A stretch of DNA of 64,000 bases from Acidobacteriota bacterium (GTDB lineage Bacteria > Acidobacteriota > UBA6911 > RPQK01 > JADFOI01), in contig OY760074.1 of assembly GCA_963663035.1 (NCBI GenBank), forward strand, positions 3,072,001 to 3,136,000, written 5' to 3'. Under the pieces are notes generated by a model that did not search any database, was not told the DNA's origin, and was given only the letters and a program-made list of their open reading frames with translations. Positions 11,379-19,754 of this stretch are shown piece after piece. The first letter of the stretch is position 1, and the number at the start of each line of letters is the position of its first letter. The translations under genes and the position numbers were made by a program.

Positions 11379-12950
11379 ATGTCCCAAAAAAAGAGGTCTC
11401 TGCCCAGACGCGAATTTGTCAAAAACTCCGCTGCCTCCCTTGTCGGGGCAAGCATGGCTCCGTCACTTCTAGCCGCGGGTAAGCAGGCAGCCAATATCCA
11501 GGAACTGGAACTTTGGGAGCCCGATCTGGCCGGTCAGTTTGATTATCCCCTGCCGCGATATCCCAAGAACCTTCCCAGTATTACCAACGTGAATCAGCTC
11601 CTTCCCATGGCTCGGCAACTGGCTTCCGAGCCTCCGCGTGCCGGACTGTCCCATTTGCCGGGTTACGGAATAGCTTCGGGAGAGAAGGCTTTACTCATCG
11701 CACCCAGCAACTATGATCGGCTCGTCGTAAACGCTATCTCCACTGCGTTGAAAGAAAGAGGAGTCAGGGTCGACGTAGCAATCATGGATGTTAGCGGAGG
11801 GCGCGGAGGCGGAATGAGAAGGGATGGTGAAACCGGGGACGGTGCGGCGGAAGGGGCTGGAACCCTCAACAGTCTTAAAAATCCCCGTCCTCGAACGGGA
11901 GGCAGGGCCTGGTTTATCGACCATGCAAGGCTCATGAACTACAACTTGGTGATTGAAGGAAGCGGCGGACCTCTGGTGTACACCACCGAGGGCGTCACTG
12001 ACTTTTTTCACCAGCACCTTCTGTGGCCCACTTCCCACAACTTCTTCGTGCGCACCGGAACACCTTCTGAGTTGAGGATGGCTATTGACCAGTTCACCAT
12101 GAGGCCGCTGCTGGAGGGTGGGGTGGCCAGGATCACGGATCCGGAAGGCACCGATTTGACCTTTACCATTTTCCCCGAACTGTGGAGCCTGGTCGAGGAG
12201 CGGGAGAGAAGACCCCGGGTCTTTCCCGGGCACCTGTGGGGGGTCCCTCAGATGGTGGTCGTACCCAAATCCGATGCCACAGGCATCGTGGCTGGATCCG
12301 CCAATCACTCAGGTTTTTATCCCACCATCAAGGTTCATCTGGAAAGGCAGCAGGTGGTCAAGATCGACGGCGGAGGCGGCTATGGGGATGTCTGGCGAGA
12401 AATCATAGACCGGGCAAAGGACATCCAATGGCCGGAATATCCGCGGAAGGGCTTTAGCTGGCTCATTGAGGCCGGTATGGGTTCAGACCCAGGAAATATT
12501 CCCAGTTGGTGTTGGAACAGTGGCGAAATTCGCAGCTCCGGAATCATCCATTTTGGTTTTGGAGTGGGCAGCCAGACGGAGAGATTCAGTCGCTTTATCG
12601 GGGAAACGGGACTGCCAGGAGGGCACAACCACATTCACATACGTTTTCCCACCTACGACATCACAAGCAACCGTGGGGAGACGACGAGAATCATAGACAA
12701 GGGTCGCCTGACAGCTTTTGACGATCCCGAGATCAGGCAGCTTGCCTCGAGGTGGGGAGATCCCGACAAGCTGCTTCGGCGCCTGTGGATTCCCGCTGTG
12801 CCGGGTATTAACTATCCGGGTGACTACCAACGGGATTTTGGTAACGATCCTCTGGTGTGGTTGAGAAAATGGAAAGGTCTTCTTGAGCAAGAGGTGGATC
12901 GCGTCCTTCTCTATGGTTACAGAATCCCCAACGACCCGATTACCGTTTAG
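11379..12950 (+). CDS. Tat-exported protein, distant aminopeptidase-T (M29)/NicX-like metalloenzyme
   Basis: PRREFVK twin-arginine signal; TDPEGTDLTF, EAGMG, SGIIHFGFG and HNHIH resemble the M29/NicX fold. Confidence 0.6.
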   Translation: MSQKKRSLPRREFVKNSAASLVGASMAPSLLAAGKQAANIQELELWEPDLAGQFDYPLPRYPKNLPSITNVNQLLPMARQLASEPPRAGLSHLPGYGIASGEKALLIAPSNYDRLVVNAISTALKERGVRVDVAIMDVSGGRGGGMRRDGETGDGAAEGAGTLNSLKNPRPRTGGRAWFIDHARLMNYNLVIEGSGGPLVYTTEGVTDFFHQHLLWPTSHNFFVRTGTPSELRMAIDQFTMRPLLEGGVARITDPEGTDLTFTIFPELWSLVEERERRPRVFPGHLWGVPQMVVVPKSDATGIVAGSANHSGFYPTIKVHLERQQVVKIDGGGGYGDVWREIIDRAKDIQWPEYPRKGFSWLIEAGMGSDPGNIPSWCWNSGEIRSSGIIHFGFGVGSQTERFSRFIGETGLPGGHNHIHIRFPTYDITSNRGETTRIIDKGRLTAFDDPEIRQLASRWGDPDKLLRRLWIPAVPGINYPGDYQRDFGNDPLVWLRKWKGLLEQEVDRVLLYGYRIPNDPITV

Positions 12951-13020
12951 GGATTTTACCTCAGCCCGCATTTCTCACACCAGGCCGTCGCGAAGCGGAG
13001 GAAGGGCCGGAAAACAGAGC

Positions 13021-13115
13021 CGTGGGCTTTAGCCCACGGGCCCGCAGGCTAAAGCCTGCGGGCCCGACTGGCGCGCAACGCAGTCAGGTCGGATCATTGC
13101 GCCGCTGTAGTAGAG
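13021..13115. repeat. REP-like palindrome pair plus a segment shared with the 36831 MITE
   Basis: CGTGGGCTTTAGCCCACG and GGGCCCGCAGGCTAAAGCCTGCGGGCCC hairpins, followed by AACGCAGTCAGGTCGGAT...AGTAGAG, also found at about 36979-37017; lies between convergent genes. Confidence 0.7.
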
Positions 13116-13141
13116 GGGGTGTGAGAAGTGCGGGCAAGAGA

Positions 13142-14305
13142 TTAAATCATCCCTTTGCGCAAGTCCTTCAAAGGGTAGAAGGTGTTCCGCCAGACGATGC
13201 CGCCCCTCCAGAGTGTGACCACCATGGAGCGGAGAAGAACATAGCTCAAGATGACTCCACCCAGGGGGAAGGTGAGGCCGTAAAGGGGTGAAGCCTGGCT
13301 GAGCCGGACTCCATTGTTCATATGCGTCAATCCTGCTGCCACAAGGCAGGCAACCGAAAGGTAGCGCACGGCTCCGCTGGCAAAGAAAAGACCGCCTAAT
13401 GGCAGGACACTCATGGTGAGTGTCAGGATGATGATAAGACAAGCATAGCTGGCACTGAATCCACAGGCAGCGAACATATTCTTGGTCAGATTCCGCACGT
13501 GCTCTCCCAGGCCTTCCACCCAGCGGATGCTGAGCCGCTTCCCTCCCAGGGCAACACCCGACCGGAAGCCGCCCAGCTTAACGAGTTTGCCAAGTTTGAC
13601 GTCTTCCACGACCTCCATGGCCAACCGTCGGTGCGTTCCGATCGTTTCGTAGGTACTGCGCCGAATCAGCTGAAAAGCGCCCACACCCACGTAGTCCTTT
13701 GATCTCGGGTCACTGACCCGCCAGGGCTTGAGTCCAAGAGTAAAACTTCCCACCCAGTAGCTGATGGCTGTCTTCTCCCAGAAGCCCTCCAGTTGGCCCA
13801 ATGGGAGGAGAGTGAGGTGATCCCATCCCTGTGCCAACGTCAAGCTCAGGGAGCGCTGCAGCAGGTCAGCAGCAAAATGGACATCCGCATCGGTAAACAC
13901 CAGCCACTGCCCCGTCGAGTGCTCATAAGCTCTCGTCAGTGCGTGAGGTTTGCCTAACCAGCCGGCTGGAAGTTCCGCTAGATGAATGACCTTGAGGTTG
14001 TCGTGCCCCCGGGCGAACTTGTCCAGAATCCGCGGGGTGGCATCTTGGGAGCGGTCATTCACAATGATCACTTCGTAATTCGGATAATCCTGCGCCAATA
14101 GAGTCGTCAGTGCCGAAGGGAGTTTCCTGGCTTCATCTCGTGCTGCTACCAGGATCGAGATCCGGGGGTATTGGGTCTCAGCCAGTGGAGGAGCGTCTTC
14201 CAGCGCTGGAAGGCTGGCCATTCCTCTGACTGCTCGAGTACCGTGGAAAACCCACAAGAGGGCAATCAGAACAAATAACGCCGGCCAGAAGTAGTCCACA
14301 GGCAA
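13142..14305 (-). CDS. Family 2 glycosyltransferase, membrane-bound (HpnB/HpnI-like)
   Basis: AARDE, VNDRSQD, GWLGKPHAL, FTDADV, VEDV motifs; N- and C-terminal TM helices. Confidence 0.85.
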   Translation of the reverse strand: MPVDYFWPALFVLIALLWVFHGTRAVRGMASLPALEDAPPLAETQYPRISILVAARDEARKLPSALTTLLAQDYPNYEVIIVNDRSQDATPRILDKFARGHDNLKVIHLAELPAGWLGKPHALTRAYEHSTGQWLVFTDADVHFAADLLQRSLSLTLAQGWDHLTLLPLGQLEGFWEKTAISYWVGSFTLGLKPWRVSDPRSKDYVGVGAFQLIRRSTYETIGTHRRLAMEVVEDVKLGKLVKLGGFRSGVALGGKRLSIRWVEGLGEHVRNLTKNMFAACGFSASYACLIIILTLTMSVLPLGGLFFASGAVRYLSVACLVAAGLTHMNNGVRLSQASPLYGLTFPLGGVILSYVLLRSMVVTLWRGGIVWRNTFYPLKDLRKGMI

Positions 14306-14449
14306 TGCTCTCTCAGAGAATGAACTGGAGTACTGACTGCTGTCAAGGGAGCACCTTGCCTTAATCCGCCCAAAGCCTTAGCATCTAGACCACGCGAATT
14401 TAAGATCGTAGAAATGCACCATTTACTGACTAGGAAAGGGGTAAGATAG

Positions 14450-15061
14450 ATGTTCCTTCAGAAAAGCCTCCTGGGCTTTATTTTTCTTCTGCTTTGGTCT
14501 TCTTGGACCTCTGCTGTGCCTCCAGCTTCGCCAGCAACCGCTGAGAAGACCGTAATCGTTCTGGCCATGCACGGTGAACCGCCCAAGGACTTCCCAAGGG
14601 ATGAGTTTGCAAAGTTCTTTAGTTTACACGCCCGATTGAAATTTACTGAGATGGGCGGTGCGGAACTTGAGGAAAGTTATGCCCATCTGGATTACAAGAT
14701 GCGCAACTGGCCCCGCACTCCCGAAAATGACCCCTTCCACGCTTCATCACAGGAAATGGCGCGACAACTCAGCAAAGCCACGGGCTCGGAAGTCATTCTG
14801 GGCTTCAACGAGTTTTGTGGTCCCACTCTGGGCGAGGCCTTCGAGGAAGCCGTTGCGCGAAAACCTGAGGAGATTATCGTTATTACGCCCATGATGACTC
14901 CTGGCGGCGGGCACTCCGAACGGGATATCCCGGCCGCCATCAGGGAAGCACAGTCCCGTCACCCCGATGTTCCCATTCGCTACGCCTGGCCGTTTAGCCT
15001 CTCCAAGGTGGCGCAGTTTCTGGCTGAACACATCAACCAAGCGAGTGAGGAGTCCAATTAG
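14450..15061 (+). CDS. CbiX/SirB-family chelatase with N-terminal signal peptide
   Basis: LAMHG, GFNEFCGPTL, PMMTPGGGHSERDIP; hydrophobic leader ending ..WTSA. Confidence 0.8.
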   Translation: MFLQKSLLGFIFLLLWSSWTSAVPPASPATAEKTVIVLAMHGEPPKDFPRDEFAKFFSLHARLKFTEMGGAELEESYAHLDYKMRNWPRTPENDPFHASSQEMARQLSKATGSEVILGFNEFCGPTLGEAFEEAVARKPEEIIVITPMMTPGGGHSERDIPAAIREAQSRHPDVPIRYAWPFSLSKVAQFLAEHINQASEESN

Positions 15062-15085
15062 TTGACCCTCGCCAAGGCTGGCCTG

Positions 15086-16261
15086 ATGCCATTGTCCCGG
15101 CGAGCGGGGCTGATCTCGCTACTCCTCTTGCTCACACTGGTTTGGGCGGCATGTACTTTCTTGCCGACAACTTCCCAAGATAACCTGGTGCCGGAGCGCC
15201 GAGCCTGGACATCCATGGGCACGACCCTCGAAGCCACTGTCTACAGGCCTGCCACGGCCAGCACGTTGGCCCAGGCCGACCTGGAGGCTGTCTACCAAGC
15301 GGTCATCGAGATCGACCAACTCATGAGCCTGTACCGGCCTGAAAGTGAGCTCGTGGCACTCAATGGCCAAGCCGGGGCGGGCCCAATTGGGGTCAGCGCC
15401 CCCACCCTGGAAGTCCTCCAGGCCGCACAACACTACGCACGGCTCTCTAGCGGCGCTCTCGATATCACTGTCCAGCCACTGGTCGAGCTGTGGGGCTTCT
15501 ATCGAATGGAGCGGACCTCGATTCCACCGCTGGCAGAAATTCAGGAGGTACTTCGCCAGATTGGACCTGATCGAATGAACCTGGATGCTGCTGCGCGGAC
15601 CGTGGTACTGGCAGCCGGCAGCCGACTCGACCTGGGCAGCATCGCCAAGGGCTACGCCATAGACCGGGCTTTAGCCTCAATGCGCGCTCGTGGTGTCCCG
15701 GCTGCGCTCATCGACCTGGGTGGCAATATCGGTGTCCTCGGCCAACCACCCGATGGGAGACCCTGGACAGTGGGGCTCCGCCACCCCCGCCGCGATCAGC
15801 TGATAGGGATTCTTCGATTCAGAAGCGGAGCAGTAGCCACCTCGGGAGACTATGACCGCTACTTCGAAGTGGAAGGGCGGCGCTTCAGTCATCTTCTTGA
15901 CCCTCGAACCGGCTGGCCCGCCGAGGAAGTTTACTCAGTCACCGTCCTTGCCCCCAACGCCACTGCTGCCGATGCTCTCTCAACCGCAGCCTTCGTCCTG
16001 GGCCCCGAACCGGGAATGGCGCTGCTTTCCGACTGCCCAGGCGTGGAGGGAGTGCTGATACAGCCGTTGGCCGGCCAGCTACCAGAAAAGCAGGACTCAG
16101 CCGAGCTGGCGGTGAGCACGACAACCGGGCTCAGCCAGGAGGGAGCGGCTTCGTTTGTCCTCGAGCCTGGGACGGACGCCACCTTACGCTCTCCGGCTCA
16201 GGGAGCAAAGCCATTTGTGATCGGTGACTGTGTCCTACCGATTCATCAAGCCCGCCGCTAG
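15086..16261 (+). CDS. apbE: FAD:protein FMN transferase (lipoprotein)
   Basis: MGTT, DLGSIAKGYAID, ATSGDYDRY, HLLDPRTG, ADALSTA; lipobox-like WAAC; alternative TTG start 15062. Confidence 0.93.
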   Translation: MPLSRRAGLISLLLLLTLVWAACTFLPTTSQDNLVPERRAWTSMGTTLEATVYRPATASTLAQADLEAVYQAVIEIDQLMSLYRPESELVALNGQAGAGPIGVSAPTLEVLQAAQHYARLSSGALDITVQPLVELWGFYRMERTSIPPLAEIQEVLRQIGPDRMNLDAAARTVVLAAGSRLDLGSIAKGYAIDRALASMRARGVPAALIDLGGNIGVLGQPPDGRPWTVGLRHPRRDQLIGILRFRSGAVATSGDYDRYFEVEGRRFSHLLDPRTGWPAEEVYSVTVLAPNATAADALSTAAFVLGPEPGMALLSDCPGVEGVLIQPLAGQLPEKQDSAELAVSTTTGLSQEGAASFVLEPGTDATLRSPAQGAKPFVIGDCVLPIHQARR

Positions 16262-16354
16262 CCAATGGATACTGCGCCCAGAAAAAATAGCGGTAGAAAG
16301 CATCAAACTTCCGAATGGCCTGATCGAATCGCGGATTTCCCAAGGGTTGAGACA

Positions 16355-17389
16355 CTAAGCTGACTGAGAGCTAATCTGAACCAACGGAGGGGTCTCACGC
16401 CTGGCCGCGGCTTTCTTCAGCACAAGCCAGTGGGGGCACTTCTCTTCATCCCGGTAAAGCCTCTCGCAGTCGTCACATCGAACACATTCGGTCACCAGGA
16501 TCTTGGGCCCTTCAATGGCTCCCCACTCACATGCCTTCTCGCAGACTTTACATGTCTTGCATTCACTCCATCTCTTGATCCGGAGAACAGTCAGGTTGGA
16601 AATTAATCCTAAGGCTGCTCCCAAAGGGCACAGATAGCGGCAATAGAAATTCCTGATGAAGACCGTGGTCAGCAGAAGAAGCCCCAGCATGATCCACATA
16701 ACCGTTGATCCACTGAGGGTGAACATCCAAAAGGGTTCGATGTACCGATAGATAAGATTGTCCCTGGTTATCAGAAAGTACGCTACGGCCGTCCCCAGGA
16801 GGAGGTACTTGACATAGATGGCGCGCCTTTCCAGCCGCACGGGAAGCTCGAACCTGAGTTTTTCCGGAAGGACCCGGTCAAGAAGCTGGGTGAGAGCACC
16901 AAAGGAGCAAATTCGGCCACAGTATAGCCTCCCCCACAGTACGGTGGATACAACCGTGAAGAGCATCAGGAGATACCAGGAAAGGTTGTATCGAAACAGG
17001 GGGAAGTTCCACTCCAAGAGTCCAAAGATATTGACGACGGACACGAGGCTGCTCTTTAAGAAACCAAGGTACACAATCGAGGCGATCATGGTCACATATT
17101 TGAGCACTGTGCTTTTCTTGAAGAAACTGAGCAGGGCCAGGGCAAGGAAAGCGGAAAGCACTAGCAGGTCAAGGAGCTGATCCCAGATCGCCGCAGCTAC
17201 TTCCTCGTCCTCACTATCCTCTTCCATCAGCGCATCCAGATCGGCAAGAGAAAGTTGTGGGGAATCCGACTGCTGGGAATCCTCTGCAGTCGCAGGTGTC
17301 TCTACCTGCGGGTGGGCTGCAAGCAGTCTCAGACAACAAAACAGAACCGCTGATCCCAGTACAAACGTTTTACCGTGCATGACCCCCAT
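16355..17389 (-). CDS. NosR/NirI/NapH-like membrane polyferredoxin
   Basis: TM helices, GRLYCGRICSFG, FYCRYLCPLGA, CKTCKVCEKAC, CVRCDDC. Confidence 0.85.
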   Translation of the reverse strand: MGVMHGKTFVLGSAVLFCCLRLLAAHPQVETPATAEDSQQSDSPQLSLADLDALMEEDSEDEEVAAAIWDQLLDLLVLSAFLALALLSFFKKSTVLKYVTMIASIVYLGFLKSSLVSVVNIFGLLEWNFPLFRYNLSWYLLMLFTVVSTVLWGRLYCGRICSFGALTQLLDRVLPEKLRFELPVRLERRAIYVKYLLLGTAVAYFLITRDNLIYRYIEPFWMFTLSGSTVMWIMLGLLLLTTVFIRNFYCRYLCPLGAALGLISNLTVLRIKRWSECKTCKVCEKACEWGAIEGPKILVTECVRCDDCERLYRDEEKCPHWLVLKKAAARRETPPLVQISSQSA

Positions 17390-17960
17390 CTTCTTTGACC
17401 AAGTACAGTCTGGCTATGCGGCGGGCAGTTTTTCTGATAACTCTTGACGCGCTGGCTACTGAGATGGTGGCCCGAGTGACAGCATCGATGTCTCTTCCAA
17501 CTCTGAAGGAATCGAGTATGCTCTTATTTCTGAATTGGGCAGCAAACTCGGGCTGATCTATTGAAAAATATCCGTATGGCTCATGGTTCTCGACCACTTT
17601 TATCTGTGTAATCATTCCTTTCGTGTTCATGGCAACGGCAATTTCTATGGGCCCGTCGTATCCCCGCTCTCGGGGGTCAAGATCGGTGGTGAAAAAAGCA
17701 AAACCAACCAGCGTCCTCTGGTTGGTCTGCGGGTCAATTTTGTAAGCCTGATAGTGAGGCACATCACCACCCTTTGATGAGACAGCATCCGCTTCCGGGA
17801 AGATCTCCCTGATATGGCGTTGCTCCTCCCCTGTGACTATCTCGATAAACTCGCGAAAGAGACCGCTAGAAACCACTGCAGCCGACTGAATCTGCGCGGG
17901 AAAAATAAACAGACCAAGGAGGAGAATAAGGATCACAGTTGCTTTCCGTTCTGGAGCCAT
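17370..17960 (-). CDS. Exported FMN-binding domain protein
   Basis: Signal peptide; GYDGPI and DAVTRATIS flavinylation-site-like motif. Confidence 0.85.
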   Translation of the reverse strand: MAPERKATVILILLLGLFIFPAQIQSAAVVSSGLFREFIEIVTGEEQRHIREIFPEADAVSSKGGDVPHYQAYKIDPQTNQRTLVGFAFFTTDLDPRERGYDGPIEIAVAMNTKGMITQIKVVENHEPYGYFSIDQPEFAAQFRNKSILDSFRVGRDIDAVTRATISVASASRVIRKTARRIARLYLVKEDGGHAR

Positions 17961-18145
17961 GATGTACTCCTCCAGCGATTATACATCGTAGAAAAAAAAT
18001 TTCCAGAGAATCGGCAGCATCCCCGGGCAGAACAGCCGCCTCTTCAAAACCTTGACAGGTCCAGTGTCCAGGCCTTACTTTACTGCTGTCTTAACGTAAT
18101 AGTCATCGGCCAGTCAGCTTCTCTCTCCAGCAGGATGACACCTTA

Positions 18146-19735
18146 ATGCCGGATCAGGAAATCATTCGGGCACTCCGCACCACTTCTGGAGACAGCCAGG
18201 GCCTTCCCTCTGATCTTCTTCAGAAAGCTTCCCGCCGCTTAGGCGTTGCGGCACTACTTTATGCGGGGTGCTACTTTTTTGCCTACACGATTTCCTTCAC
18301 GGCAGGGGTGATGGCAGGAGATCCCTTGCACTCCGAAATTCCTCTAGTCTTCGGACTCCCCATCACTCACTTTGTGGCGGCCACTTCGATCTCGATCTCC
18401 CTGGGCATGTTTTTCATTGCCTGGAGGGAGAAGATCAGTCCCCAGTTGCTCTGTGATCTGGGGCTCTTTTACGAGGTCATCGGAGCTATCGGCATTGACT
18501 TTAGCCTGACCTTTACGCCCATCCCGCCCGAATTTTTGCCTAGCGGTATTTCCTGGGTCTGTGTTTGGCTGATCCTGTTTGTTCTGATCGTGCCCGCTTC
18601 ACCGGGTAAGGCACTGATGGCCACACTCGTCACCGCATCTGTCTCGCCTTTCCTGTTGTTAGTGGGTATGGCACGGGGATCAGCCGATCCCTCTACAGCA
18701 GCCCTCATCCAACTTTTCCTGCCCAACTATCTGTGCGCCGGGATGGCTTTCGTTGGTTCTCGCATTGTCTACGAAATGGGAACGGGGGTCAGCGAAGTAC
18801 GGAGGATGGGAAGTTATCAATTGGTGGAGTTGTTGGGACGGGGCGGGATGGGAGAAGTGTGGCAAGCCAGACACCGCATGCTGGTGCGGCCAGCCGCCAT
18901 CAAACTCATCCGACCGGAAACGCTGGGTGGGGATGGCAGCCACAAGGCCAAGACGATTTTTCGTCGCTTCGAGCGGGAAGCCCAAGCCACGGCTGCTCTT
19001 CGCTCCACCCACACCATTACTCTCTACGATTTTGGGATCACCGACGATGGAGTCTTTTACTATGTCATGGAGCTGTTGAAGGGCCTCGACCTGGAGACCC
19101 TGGTAGAACGTTTTGGCCCCATCCCACCTAACCGAACCATCTTCCTGCTGCAGCAGGTCTGCCATTCTCTCGGTGACGCTCACCAGCAGGGCTTCCTCCA
19201 CCGCGACATCAAACCGGCCAACATATACGTCTCCCGTCTGGGTCCTGACTTCGATTTCGTCAAGGTCCTGGACTTCGGCCTGGTAAAATCCCACCAGGAG
19301 TATGAGGCCGGGGCCACCCAGCTGACCGGGCAGGGAGTCACGACGGGCACGCCGGGCTATATGGCTCCCGAGGTGGCCCTGGGGCAGGAGAAGATTGATG
19401 CCCGGGTGGACCTGTACGCCTTGGGCTGCGTCGGATATTGGCTCTTGACTGGCCAGCTGGTATTCCAGGCCAAGAGCCCCATGGAAATGGTCGTTCATCA
19501 CGTTCAAACACCTGCTGGACCCCCTTCACAGCACTCAGAGTTTCTCATCCCGCCCAGCCTGGACGAGATCATCCTATCCTGCCTGGAAAAGGACCGTGAG
19601 AAGCGGCCACCCAACGCCGAGACGTTGTCCTCTCAACTGGGCTCCTGCCAGAGCGAGGAGTTCTGGAGCCAGGATCTGGCGGAAAAGTGGTGGCGAACGC
19701 ACCGGCCCGACTTGGTTAACCCGGATTACTCCTAG
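18146..19735 (+). CDS. Membrane-anchored Hanks-type Ser/Thr protein kinase
   Basis: Several N-terminal TM helices; LGRGGMGEV, AIK, HRDIKPAN, DFGLVK, GTPGYMAPE. Confidence 0.93.
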   Translation: MPDQEIIRALRTTSGDSQGLPSDLLQKASRRLGVAALLYAGCYFFAYTISFTAGVMAGDPLHSEIPLVFGLPITHFVAATSISISLGMFFIAWREKISPQLLCDLGLFYEVIGAIGIDFSLTFTPIPPEFLPSGISWVCVWLILFVLIVPASPGKALMATLVTASVSPFLLLVGMARGSADPSTAALIQLFLPNYLCAGMAFVGSRIVYEMGTGVSEVRRMGSYQLVELLGRGGMGEVWQARHRMLVRPAAIKLIRPETLGGDGSHKAKTIFRRFEREAQATAALRSTHTITLYDFGITDDGVFYYVMELLKGLDLETLVERFGPIPPNRTIFLLQQVCHSLGDAHQQGFLHRDIKPANIYVSRLGPDFDFVKVLDFGLVKSHQEYEAGATQLTGQGVTTGTPGYMAPEVALGQEKIDARVDLYALGCVGYWLLTGQLVFQAKSPMEMVVHHVQTPAGPPSQHSEFLIPPSLDEIILSCLEKDREKRPPNAETLSSQLGSCQSEEFWSQDLAEKWWRTHRPDLVNPDYS

Positions 19736-19754
19736 ATTGGGGTAGTGAAGCGGC

